Assembly (NCBI GenBank): GCA_034780895.1
Contig: JAUZTB010000065.1
Coordinates: forward strand, 16,126,284 to 16,190,283
Length of the DNA stretch: 64,000 nt
Direction: 5' to 3'
Source: Rhynchobatus australiae
Lineage: Eukaryota
Shown piece by piece: positions 38,810 to 49,016 of the stretch. Each line of letters begins with the position of its first letter. Position 1 is the first letter of the stretch. Made by a program: the position numbers and the translations under genes. The notes under the pieces were generated by a model. It was given only the letters and a program-made list of their open reading frames with translations, was not told the origin of the DNA and searched no databases.

Positions 38810-39020
38810 GGACATACAGGAAATTGGAGCAGGAGTAGACAACGCAGTGCGATCATGCCCGGTCCTCCAACCACCTCGTCCTTAGTCTCATACGACCTTC
38901 TCTGTTAGGTTCCACAGGTTTACCACCCTCTGCATTGGGGGCATTTCTCCACATCACAGTTCCTAGATGTCTTATCCTGAGACTAATACCTCATTCTAGA
39001 CCCCACAACATGGACTCGTC
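38810..39020 (-). mobile_element. CR1-type LINE 3' end
   Basis: GAAATTGGAGCAGGAGTAGAC tail and TTCCACAGGTTTACCACCCTCTG. Confidence 0.6.
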
Positions 39021-39539
39021 CATTCCTTACATATGTTTTATAAAGGTGTGATACCTTAATTATGTATTTGTAGTATCAGAGAATATTAGTGCACATATAC
39101 TAGTGTTAAACAGTAGCCTTTGTGTTAACTATAATTATACTCACACTAGCTTAACTTCACTGATCCTGTTCTATTAACTATTCTTTAAAGTAGCCGTTGC
39201 AATAATTCAAGCCTATGAATCACTTCTAAGTAGAGTCATAATAGTGTGTATAAAAACACGTATTACTGAGAAAGCTGGCTTGCTGGTAACCTGGTACAAA
39301 CTGTTTCCCCTGCTGCATGCAGCTGTAATAGGAACCTGATATGAACCACCGTCCCCCACTGGAGCTTCTGCAGGTAACAAATGGTGATCTCATCACCTCG
39401 TGACATAAATCACCTGAGATAATGTGCAGGGACTGCCTTTGAGGGCTGGTGTTGGTCAGAGTTGAGTTTATTGCAGTTTGTTGCTTGAGATTGTGACCAC
39501 TGACATTCACCAGTATAACCCACCTCGTCCCCCACCACA

Positions 39540-40110
39540 ATCACTCTCCCACATGCACGAACTACAAATTTAATCTGAAAATGAAAGCATGAAAAGGAAC
39601 TCCAAAAGGTGGAACAAAAAGGGACTAGAATGGAAGTCACTAAACCTATTGACAAGGTGAACTTCACTGTAGTGAGAGAGAAGTCTAACAGACAGCTAAA
39701 GTTATGCTCAAACCAGAAGACCTGAATCAAGTGATCAACAGGGATTGCTAACCAACACCAGCCTAGGCCAAGATCATAGCTTTTGGCAAACAATGGCCAG
39801 GAATAGAAACTAGAATGATGAGGAATCTTCACTGTTGACAATGTTTGGTTGATATAAATTCCAACATCTACCTTTTGCCCTCAGAGTACATCAAGACATG
39901 CTTCAGGAGAAAATGGAATGACATCTGTAGAGGATGCAAAGGAGGAGCAGACATAGCAAGTGATATACAGTTTTATGGAGTGGATGATACAGCACATAAC
40001 AGTGGTAATGGAAAGAAACTGAAAGGCTGGACTCAAGCTGAATGCTGAAAATGAGAAAGAATGTCATTTCTGGTGTGCACATCAGTTGGATTGCAGCCAA
40101 GCCTAGAAGT
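39540..40110 (+). mobile_element. Degenerate Ty3/Gypsy LTR-retrotransposon reverse transcriptase fragment
   Basis: Manual translation across frameshifts gives KELQKVEQKGTRMEVTKPIDKVNFTVVREKSNRQLKLC, PEDLNQVINRD, DEESSLLTMF, YKFQHLPFALRVHQDMLQEKM and DICRGCKGGADIASDIQFYG. These match Gypsy RT motifs (EPTDWVNS.VVV.K.NGKLR.CLDP.DLN; LLTTF; RLPFG; IADDI). Confidence 0.75.
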
Positions 40111-40129
40111 GCTCACTTTATCTAAACCC

Positions 40130-40360
40130 TTAATAATTGTTATTTTCATAAAATTGTCCTCTTAATTTTTTTTTAAGAACAACTCCAGCTTCTGCAGTGC
40201 TGCAACAGAACTTATTTACCTTTCTAGTAACCTGCATCTTCTTTAAGGGCTTGATATTGTTCCTTAACAGTGGTGTCCAGAAATGGAGGCAGTATTCCAA
40301 CTGGCTAAATAAGTTTATTTTGTAAAGATTCCTATGTGCATCTAGCATAGTCATGCCATC
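40130..40360 (-). mobile_element. CR1-type LINE fragment
   Basis: Minus ORF contains LYK....QLEYCLHFWTPLLRNNIKPLKKMQ (CR1 LEYCVQFWSP motif). Confidence 0.65.
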
Positions 40361-41294
40361 TTTTCAAATGTGTTTCATTTACCATACATTTAGCAATTTT
40401 ACTTGCTATGATGGAAATTCTGATGAAATATCATCAGCTTCTCTCTCCTTAGATGCTGCCTGACATTGAGAATTTTCAGGATCTTTTGCTTTTATTTTTG
40501 ATTTCCCACATTCAAAGTATTTCACATATAATGTATATGTAATCCTGAGCTCCATTTTGATCATTTCTATGAATTATGTAAGACAGGTTTCTTTCAGAAA
40601 GTTATATTTTGGGATGCAGTTAGTGAGTTAAATGTCTTGTTATTAATCAAGAACTCCATTACTGCATCATATAGCTAATAAGATGGTAGAAATGAACTAG
40701 GTAGGCTGTGGCCACTTTATCAAACAGCTGTTGGCATTGAAATATCTTTTTTTCAAAGGGCTTTCATGGCAAGTCATTCTGCTGCAATGTAGTTTCATCG
40801 TCAATGAATTATGCAAGATAGGAGGCCAATCAACCAGATGTTTTATACTATAAAAGCTTCAGAGCAAAGACCAAGAGATTCAAAAAGACACGCACTAAAT
40901 TGCCAGCTTCTTCTTTCATTCTGGGCAGTATTAAAGGCAACACTGGAAAAGGAAATTGAAGTCTAATTAACACTGTACACCCTCTCCAAGTTCAAAATCT
41001 CACGGCACAGTATTCTCTTGACATAATAGACCAAAATTGTTGAGTTGTGCAAAGGGATTTATCAGTTGAGATGAGCAATACACAGGATTGTTGCCCAATT
41101 TAATACTTTAGACACTTAACTGAAAGTCTAAGAGAAGTAAAAGGCCTGTATGTACCAAAGCACTCCACAGCCGCCAGAAAACTCATGTAATGTAGTTACT
41201 GTTGTAGAAAATGTAGCAAGCCATTTGATCACAGCAAAGTCACAAGACTCTTTATGGTTTCATTGGTTTTTCAATGACAACAAGTCCAAGATCA

Positions 41295-41712
41295 CTGGTG
41301 ACACAAGATAATGCAGATGCTGGAATCTGGAGCAAAAAGCAAACTGCTGGAGGAACTCAGCGGGTCATGCAGCATCCGTGGAGAGAAAAGAAGTTGTTGG
41401 CGTTTCAGGTNNNNNNNNNNNNNNNNNNNNNNNNNNNNNNNNNNNNNNNNNNNNNNNNNNNNNNNNNNNNNNNNNNNNNNNNNNNNNNNNNNNNNNNNNN
41501 NNNNNNNNNNCTGGAGCAAAAAGCAAACTGCTGGAGGAACTCAGCTGGTCATTCAGCATCCGTGGAGAGAAAAGAAGTTGTTGGCGTTTCAGGTCAAGAC
41601 CCTGCATCGATGCCGACCGCGGGGCCTTGACCCAAAACATCGACAGTTCCTTACCTCCCACCCCCCAACAGATGCTACTCGAACTGCCGAGCTCCTCCAG
41701 CAGCTTGCTTTT
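41295..41712. mobile_element. Penelope terminal-repeat-derived palindromic element (two inverted copies), spanning a 100-N gap
   Basis: GCAAACTGCTGGAGGAACTCAGC..GTTTCAGGTCAAGACCCTGC is mirrored by GCGGGGCCTTGACCCAAAAC..GCCGAGCTCCTCCAGCAGCTTGC. Same family as the terminal repeat of the Penelope element at 12280-12410. Confidence 0.7.
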
Positions 41713-43919
41713 CAGTCCCAGACCACCGTCAGGGCATGACCTTTCCCTCAAGAGTGGCTTTCTCTTCGTAAAAAAAGTTAGATGTCCTAAATGGCAAACT
41801 TGTGCAGAATTCTTAACCTCAAAGATTTTAGGGGGGCATCCTATGAGTCTACATTGAAAGTATGCATAAAAAAAATTTGGCTCAAGGACAAATAACACAT
41901 TTGTAACTGTTTTTCAGATTGTGTTCACCAGGGGTCAGTGTGCTAAAACCACTGCTTTTCAATATACATTAGTGACTTGGATATGGGTGTAAAGTTTCAA
42001 AGCTTCCACATAGCATTAAACTCAGAAATTAAGAATTGCAGTGCTTAGTTTATCCTGTTGCCAGTTTATCAATGGTAAAGCAATGAATATTTTTGTAAGA
42101 CAAACTTCTGGTGAGTTACTTCAAATGTCTGGACACTGCTGATAGGCTGAGAGAACTTGGAAGAAATTAAAGGTTTGGCACTGTAGTCACCTCCCAAATA
42201 ACAAACTGCATTGACTCTGAAGTGGGTTTAGGTTACAGGTTCAAATTGGGAGATCATTAACTCCCTAATTTTCTTCTCATGAATAATTGAGCATCAGATT
42301 AAATGAATGGCTGGATATCCACTCAAATGCTTCGGGTGAGGCTGTGCTGAGGGACGCAATGCTTTCTGATGCCTCACCTTCTTCTTTCATCTGCTTTCTC
42401 ACCTGCAAAGAAAGAGAAAGAAATGTCTGTCTTCCTGTTTTTGATTCCAGAATTCAGGAATCCTTCAACTTGCCACAAACAGTTAACTTCCTCAAAGCCC
42501 AGGGACATGCTAATCTGTAATACCCACTTTATATGAGCAGCACATTCCTGGCAGAAACATTGAGAATCACATTGAGCCTTATTGAAGTACACTGTCCAGT
42601 GTTTCCTCACTATAAAAAAAGGCTCTCACACAGAATGTGAGTGAACAATTTAAACTGACCAGAGAGTAAGTGCAGATTCCCACTGATTCAGACTCCCATC
42701 CTATTGCCCTAATCTCCCCCAACACCAGAACTGCCCCTATAAACCCTAATTGACCTGCCAGGCACCGCTTCTCAAGATCTTATTGGCAACTTGAACCCAG
42801 CTTGTTCCATCTCCCATCCACAAGCACTGGAATTATTCCCAACAAACAGTTAGCACCATCAGTCAATGGGACTGAGGGGAGAAGTTAAAATCTTGCATCG
42901 CAGAGCATGAGAATGTTCCCTTTACATTTCCACTTCTAAACCCCAATTCCTGTCCAGACTTTATTCTGAAATTCTTCTAAATTAATTCTGTAATTTCTTA
43001 GTTTGCCAAGCCCTGAACTTTGCTATGAACTGACACCTCCAGTGTTCTTCTTTTACACACACTCACCTGTCCTAGTTTTCTTCTCCCATTGTTCATCCCT
43101 CCTATCCCTTCCCAAACCTGGTTCCATNNNNNNNNNNNNNNNNNNNNNNNNNNNNNNNNNNNNNNNNNNNNNNNNNNNNNNNNNNNNNNNNNNNNNNNNN
43201 NNNNNNNNNNNNNNNNNNNNNNNNNNNNNNNNNNNNNNNNNNNNNNNNNNNNNNNNNNNNNNNNNNNNNNNNNNNNNNNNCCTACCAGTCTCTATCCCAC
43301 CCCTCCTTTGTATTGCTGTATACTGACGAATTTTACCTCTCAATCCTGAAGCAGGGACTTGACTGAAATGTCAGTTTACACCTTTTGCCATCACAGATGC
43401 TGCTTAACCTGCTGAGTTCTTCCAGCTTTCTGATGTTTTGTACCTGAACTTTGCAGCACATTTTGTAAATAGAATCCAAGAATTTTACAGGAATTTGACC
43501 TGTTCAGCCCATGCCAACTCTGAAAGGATCATTCTCTGAACCTCGTTGTTATTTACTATTCCCCTTTCATCTCTTCAAATTTATTCCTTGTTTGCTTTTC
43601 CAACAAATTTTCCATTTCCCCTGAATTTCTGATTTTGTTTTCTACAAGTTCTTGGGTGGTTATTTCATGTCCTACCAACACTAAATGTAGAAGGATTTTC
43701 ACATCTTTTTGATGCTAATCTTAAATTTATGCCCCTTAATTATCAATTCACCAAACAAAAGAAACAAACCCCAAAGACAGCTCAGCAGGAACAAAGTTTT
43801 AAGGAGGCTGACTAATGGCATTTCAAAGCCTTTTTTTCATTTTCTGCCTATTTTGGCTGGTTTTCTGATCTTCAGAAACTTGGCAGCCAAAGGCAAATGA
43901 AGAATATTGGTTCTAGCAA

Positions 43920-44240
43920 GCCCATCACTTTCCATAATAATCATTCTGTCACTCAACCTATCAATAAACCTGCTTTTGATTCTGCCATTCAGTCTGTCGA
44001 TTAACCCAGTTACTCATTCAGCTATTCTGCCTGTCAATCAGCCTGTTTGTCAATCTATTCACTCATCCTGTCAATCAGCTCATCACTCACCCTATCACTC
44101 CAATTGTCAATCACATGTCAATCACTGTCAATCGCTCTGTCAATCACTCATTAATAATCATCTTACCAATCCTATCACTCAGCCTGTCAATCAGCACATT
44201 AACCAGCCATCAATTATTGTCACTCACCCTGTCAATCAGC
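43920..44240. repeat. Degenerate low-complexity tandem repeat (CCTGTCAATCAG / TCACTCA motifs)
   Basis: TGTCAATC recurs many times between about 44030 and 44240. It explains the N/Q/P/H-rich spurious ORF 43907-44329. Confidence 0.8.
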
Positions 44241-44907
44241 TCAGATGCCATACAGCAAACCAAGAAAAAGATACTGAATGGATCCTGCAAGTAATTTCAG
44301 CACAATGGCCAATATACTTAACTTCTTGATTTCCCATCCAAAGCTTCTCCATTCCTTCCCCATAAAAATCAGGGTCATTTATTCCTCCTGAACTCTATAC
44401 ACCTCTTCACAATCTCAACTTAACCTGCTTTTCGCGAAAGAAATTACCCCAGAGGGCTGAGGCTTTCTTCATAACTAAGGCCTCTGACCCTTGCAATTAT
44501 CTCCCCATAATTTTGACAGCCTTTCTAATCATCCAAATTCTAACACGATGTTCTAATATTGACCAATGGTTATATCAGTTTAACCACCTTTTTGATTTTA
44601 AACCTTATACTTTATAGGATTCCAAATAATTCTTTTGTTTGTGTTTATACATTTCAAAATTTTTCTGTATTCAAATCCACTAAACCTCTCTTCCTAGTAC
44701 ATATTTCCTCTAATTATTCATCTCTTTAATTGTACCACCTAACCACATTGATGAAGAAATGTTTATCTAAAAGGATTATGAAATGAGCTCCAGCAAGCTG
44801 AGAAAAATCACAATCTTTCCACAAGATGGCAGTAAATGTCCATGGCAGTGACCATGGTAGATACCAATTGTGATTCATCATCAAACATAATTTCTTACCA
44901 GTATGTA

Positions 44908-44945
44908 GTTCAAAAGTTCAAAGTTCAAAGTTTGAAAGTTCAAAG
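44908..44945. repeat. (AAAGTTC)n simple repeat, about 5 copies
   Basis: GTTCAAAAGTTCAAAGTTCAAAGTTTGAAAGTTCAAAG. Confidence 0.8.
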
Positions 44946-44999
44946 CTCTTTCATTGTCTTTCTTGTCTAACAGCTTCCCTCCATGGCCAATAGCTTTAC

Positions 45000-45175
45000 T
45001 AATGAGTCAACAAACTACATTTTAAGTGTAACACTATTATAATGCAGGAAACATGACAATCAATTTGTACATAACAAGTTTCCACAAACGGCCGATGATT
45101 ATGACCAGATAATCTGTTAACTGGTGTTGGTTGAAAGATAATAGCCAGAGGACCAGAGCTGCTCCAAAAATATCT
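45000..45175 (-). mobile_element. Deu-domain SINE 3' remnant
   Basis: AATGCAGGAAACATGACAATCAATTTGTACATAACAAGTTTCCACAAAC..ATGACCAGATAATCTG..TGTTGGTTGAAAGATAA. Shorter related pieces near 41150-41250 and 46100-46160. Confidence 0.6.
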
Positions 45176-45239
45176 TCTGATTATATGATCAATGGTTGGA
45201 GAAGAGTACATTACTTTCACCTGTTCCTTTCCTTTTTAG

Positions 45240-45660
45240 AGTTATAGAGTAATAAAGAGTTTACAGCATGGATATGGGTCCTTCAGTCCATTAAACCCAT
45301 GTTGACCACCAAGGACTCAATCTTACATTAATCCTACCTGAATACATTTCTCATATGCTTGGAAGATTATGTCCAGAATCTCTGCAATTTTCTTTCTTGC
45401 ATGGTTCAGCAACCAACTGGACCAGGTGATTTATTCAAATGATGCTGCCTAACAGAGACTTGACTACATGCTGATCATGAAGAGTAATTGTGATGCACCC
45501 TAGGTGACTGAGGGATGTAAGAGAACATTGCAGAGATAGGGTAGGATTAGTGTAAAAATGAATCCTTGATGGTTACCGTGGACTCAATAGGCCTGTTTCC
45601 ATGCTGTGTCTCNNNNNNNNNNNNNNNNNNNNNNNNNNNNNNNNNTCTATGACTCTAAAA
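45240..45660. mobile_element. Two HE1/HER1-type 3' tails in opposite orientation (45240-45345 minus; 45510-45660 plus)
   Basis: ACAGCATGGATATGGGTCC..CTTACATTAATCCTACC versus GGTAGGATTAGTGTAA..GGCCTGTTTCCATGCTGT..TCTATGACTCTA. Confidence 0.55.
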
Positions 45661-47019
45661 GGAGTGGGTAAAAATAATGTACTCTTGAAGTTCTCCCATG
45701 TTGATGGAAGTCAGACTATGATTACTAGATTCAATTGTGACCACATTGCTTTATTTGCTAAGGCTCATTATTATCACTTAATTTGTAAATAGTGATTGCA
45801 TTAATTGCAGTTTGACTTTGCATGAAGTATTTCTGGTTCTGAATTAAGCTGTTCTGGGAATCCTATATAAATTCTGGGCTTCAATTTGCTATGGTTTTGT
45901 TAATTGTTAAAGGTATGGGAATGAATCATGTAAGAAACAAAGAGATAAGCTTTCTTTGCCGGCTGAATCTTTAAGAATATACAGGTGTAATTGAGAGTTG
46001 ATAACCTGGCAGATTTGGCACTGCAGCTCGGACACATTTTATATTTTGAAGAACAAAATATTTCCCATTTTTGGAAAACCATTCAGTATGTTTTGTGTCC
46101 AATGAAGCACTTTTGAAGTGAGGTCACTGTTGTAATGGAAATCATGCAGCCAGTTGATGAAAAACATTAAATATCATCTGATTTATAGACATTAGGTAAA
46201 GGATAAATATTGCAAAAAAAACACATGTTGGATCTTGTTTGAAGTTCTTTTGATAGGGAATTAAATTTTAATTTGTAAATTACCCTCTTGCAATGGTTCC
46301 AGTCTGGCGTGGAAGAATCATAGAACAGTGAACAATGGAATACAGTCCTATAGAACTGTAATATTAGCAATCCATTAAGCCAAAGGATTATATAACAAAC
46401 TTTGGAATGTAAAGCCATCAAACCATGGAATCACAGAAGCACTAAACAGAAGGGGCCTTAACTTCAAAACAATAGTATCAATGTTCTATGGAAAATAGAA
46501 TCAGTGAACCATATTCTACTTGTACCACAGCATTAATATCATAAGCAATAGTAGTATCACAAGCAATAATATCATGCAATCTTGGAAGTTTTCTGTACAT
46601 AAGGTAAACATTTTTTATCGAGACAAAGTAAAGATTTTGGCAGACCATGTTAAAACCAATNNNNNNNNNNNNNNNNNNNNNNNNNNNNNNNNNNNNNNNN
46701 NNNNNNNNNNNNNNNNNNNNNNNNNNNNNNNNNNNNNNNNNNNNNNNNNNNNNNNNNNNNNNNNNNNNNNNNNNNNNNNNNNNNNNNNNNNNNNNNNNNN
46801 NNNNNNNNNNNNNNNNNNNNNNNNNNNNNNNNNNNNNNNNNNNNNNNNNNNNNNNNNNNNNNNNNNNNNNNNNNNNNNNNNNNNNNNNNNNNNNNNNNNN
46901 NNNNNNNNNNNNNNNNNNNNNNNNNNNNNNNNNNNNNNNNNNNNNNNNNNNNNNNNNNNNNNNNNNNNNNNNNNNNNNNNNNNNNNNNNNNNNNNNNNNN
47001 NNNNNNNNNNNNNNNNNNA

Positions 47020-47300
47020 GATTGAGAAATTTTAATGTGCAAAAGAGATCTGAAAACAAATATACAGATGTAGCAAGCAATTAAGGAGGCAAATGGTGTG
47101 CTGCCTTTCATTGCAATAGGTTTTGAGTACACAGGCAAAAATGTCTTACTATAATTATTCTGGGCCTGTTGCAGTTTTGAGCCATTGAAGCGGTGCAGTA
47201 AAGATTCACCAGATGGATTCCTGGGATGGCAGAGCTATCTTACGAGGAGACATTGGGTTGACTCAGCCTGTATTCACTAGAATTTAGATTTAGTTTAAGA
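47020..47300 (+). mobile_element. CR1-type LINE fragment
   Basis: QAIKEANGVLPFIAIGFEYTGKNVLL and GATGGATTCCTGGGATGGCAGAGCTATCTTACGAGGAG..TATTCACTAGAATTTAGA. Confidence 0.7.
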
Positions 47301-48289
47301 CAAGCACTTGAGAGTAAAAGGTGATGTTGATCTGGTGAAGAGGTGTGAGGGGAAGACTTACATGGTGCATAAATACCACAGAGCTGAGCCAAATGGCATC
47401 TTTCTATGCTGCGAACACTACATGATTTCACGAAGGGCTCTTGCAACCAACAGAGGAAGGAAATTCTCCTGGGTTTCCTAATATAAACTGTTAGGTGTTC
47501 AAATAACAGATCATAGGCCATGAGTTCAAATCCAACTATGCCAAGTGATGAAAGTGAATTGAGTGAATTTATAATTTATGGATTGCCACTAGAAGTACTG
47601 AGTGGTAGTTGATCATTATTATCCTTTGGGTTTTGCTACCCCAACATGTGACTCCAATCCAGACAATGTAGTTGATTCTGTGCTGGCAACTCAGTTGTAC
47701 AAACCAGGAAAGGCAGTACACTGGTGCAAGCCAAGCCATCTGCCCTCATCATTACCCTAATAAACCAGCTAACACTAAAATCCTGTGATTGCTTTTACAT
47801 CAATAACTATGCAGTTATAACATCTAACTGACTAGTAATCCATGCTAATTATTTGCACTATAGAATATGAAATCATTTCACCATGAACCTCTGATCCAGA
47901 TAATTAGTGTGGATGAAAATGTGCTTGGCTGCACATCTTAAGAGTCAAACAGCCTATTGTTATCACTCTTTTCATTCACATTAGAAGACTGGTTATTTGG
48001 AGACGGAAAAACAGGTCCTTACAAGAGATTTACAAAACAATATTCTTATGAATAGATACTTCAATGTATTTCAATGTAACCACAACAATTTAACTTTTAA
48101 CTGCAAAAGAAGAGCAAGGTGCTTCGCAGCAGTGTTAACAAATTAAAGCTGACCATAAGGAGTTGTTTGGATAAGTAACCACGAACTTGGTTTTATGGAC
48201 AGTCTTAGAGAGCAGAAATGTTTAGAAGGAGAATTCAAGATGTTGAGTCTAGATAACTGCAGATGTGGCCACTGGTGTCATTAGGTCAA

Positions 48290-49016
48290 CATTGAAACCA
48301 GCCATTTGATCCATTGAGTCCGTGCTAACCATCAAGCACCCAGTTACACTAATACTACATTAATCCTCACATTCCCATCAACAGCACCCAGTTTCTACTG
48401 CTCACACTAGGGTCAATCTGTATTGGCCAATAAACATTCACTCACATATCTATAGTATGTGGGAGGAAAGCAAAGCACCCAAAGGAAATCCATGTACAGG
48501 TCATCCCTGAGTAACAAATGGGTTCTGTTTTTACAGACATCCATTAGTTGATTTTGTCCATAAGTTGGAAAATACACAAAAATCACTAAATATGGTAACC
48601 AGATAAAAGACACTATGATGCTGGAGAAACTCAGCAGGCCAGGCAGAATCCATGGAGAAAAGTAGGTGGTCAACGTTTCAGGTCAGGACCTTCCTTTGGG
48701 TCTCAAATACGATAACCATACCTCCATAGTATTGTAATGAATGGTATCAAAAGCACATTGATAAAAAAAGTAGAGAGAGAGAGGACATTCATTCATAGGA
48801 ACGAATGTATGTATATCCATCGGACCTTTGAAATTAATAATATTCTGGGAGCTTATTCATATGTAGTGGTGTCTATTAATCAGGTGTTTGTAACCCAGAG
48901 ATGACCTATAGTCACAGGGAGAACATACAAACTCCACACGGACAGCACCAGAGATCAGGATTGAACTTGAGTCACAGGAGCTGTGAGGCAGCAACTCTAC
49001 AAGCTGTGCCACTGTG
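48290..49016 (-). mobile_element. HE1-like V-SINE split in two by a DNA-transposon insertion
   Basis: tRNA head and 5' V-domain at 48909-49016 (GTCACAGGGAGAACATACAAACTCCACACGGACAGCACC..GATTGAACTTGAGTC..GCTGTGAGGCAGCAACTCTAC). Remainder at 48290-48496 (TGTGGGAGGAAAGCAAAGCACCCAAAGGAAATCCATG). The halves join seamlessly. Confidence 0.8.
48497..48908. mobile_element. Non-autonomous Tc1/mariner-superfamily (Tigger/pogo-like) MITE, 412 bp
   Basis: TIRs CAGGTCATCCCTGAGTAACAAA and revcomp TAGGTCATCTCTGGGTTACAAA (18/22 identical), flanked by TA at 48495-48496 and 48909-48910. Confidence 0.8.

Noticed and set aside
38417-38908. 163-aa plus-strand ORF divergent from RBM15
   Set aside because: Non-ATG start, runs through promoter motifs and ends inside a CR1 tail. 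No protein-family features.
43907-44329. 140-aa ORF rich in N/Q/P/H/S
   Set aside because: Translation of a low-complexity tandem repeat.
48909-49016. tRNA gene
   Set aside because: Box A/B-like motifs belong to the tRNA-derived head of the V-SINE. No complete cloverleaf.
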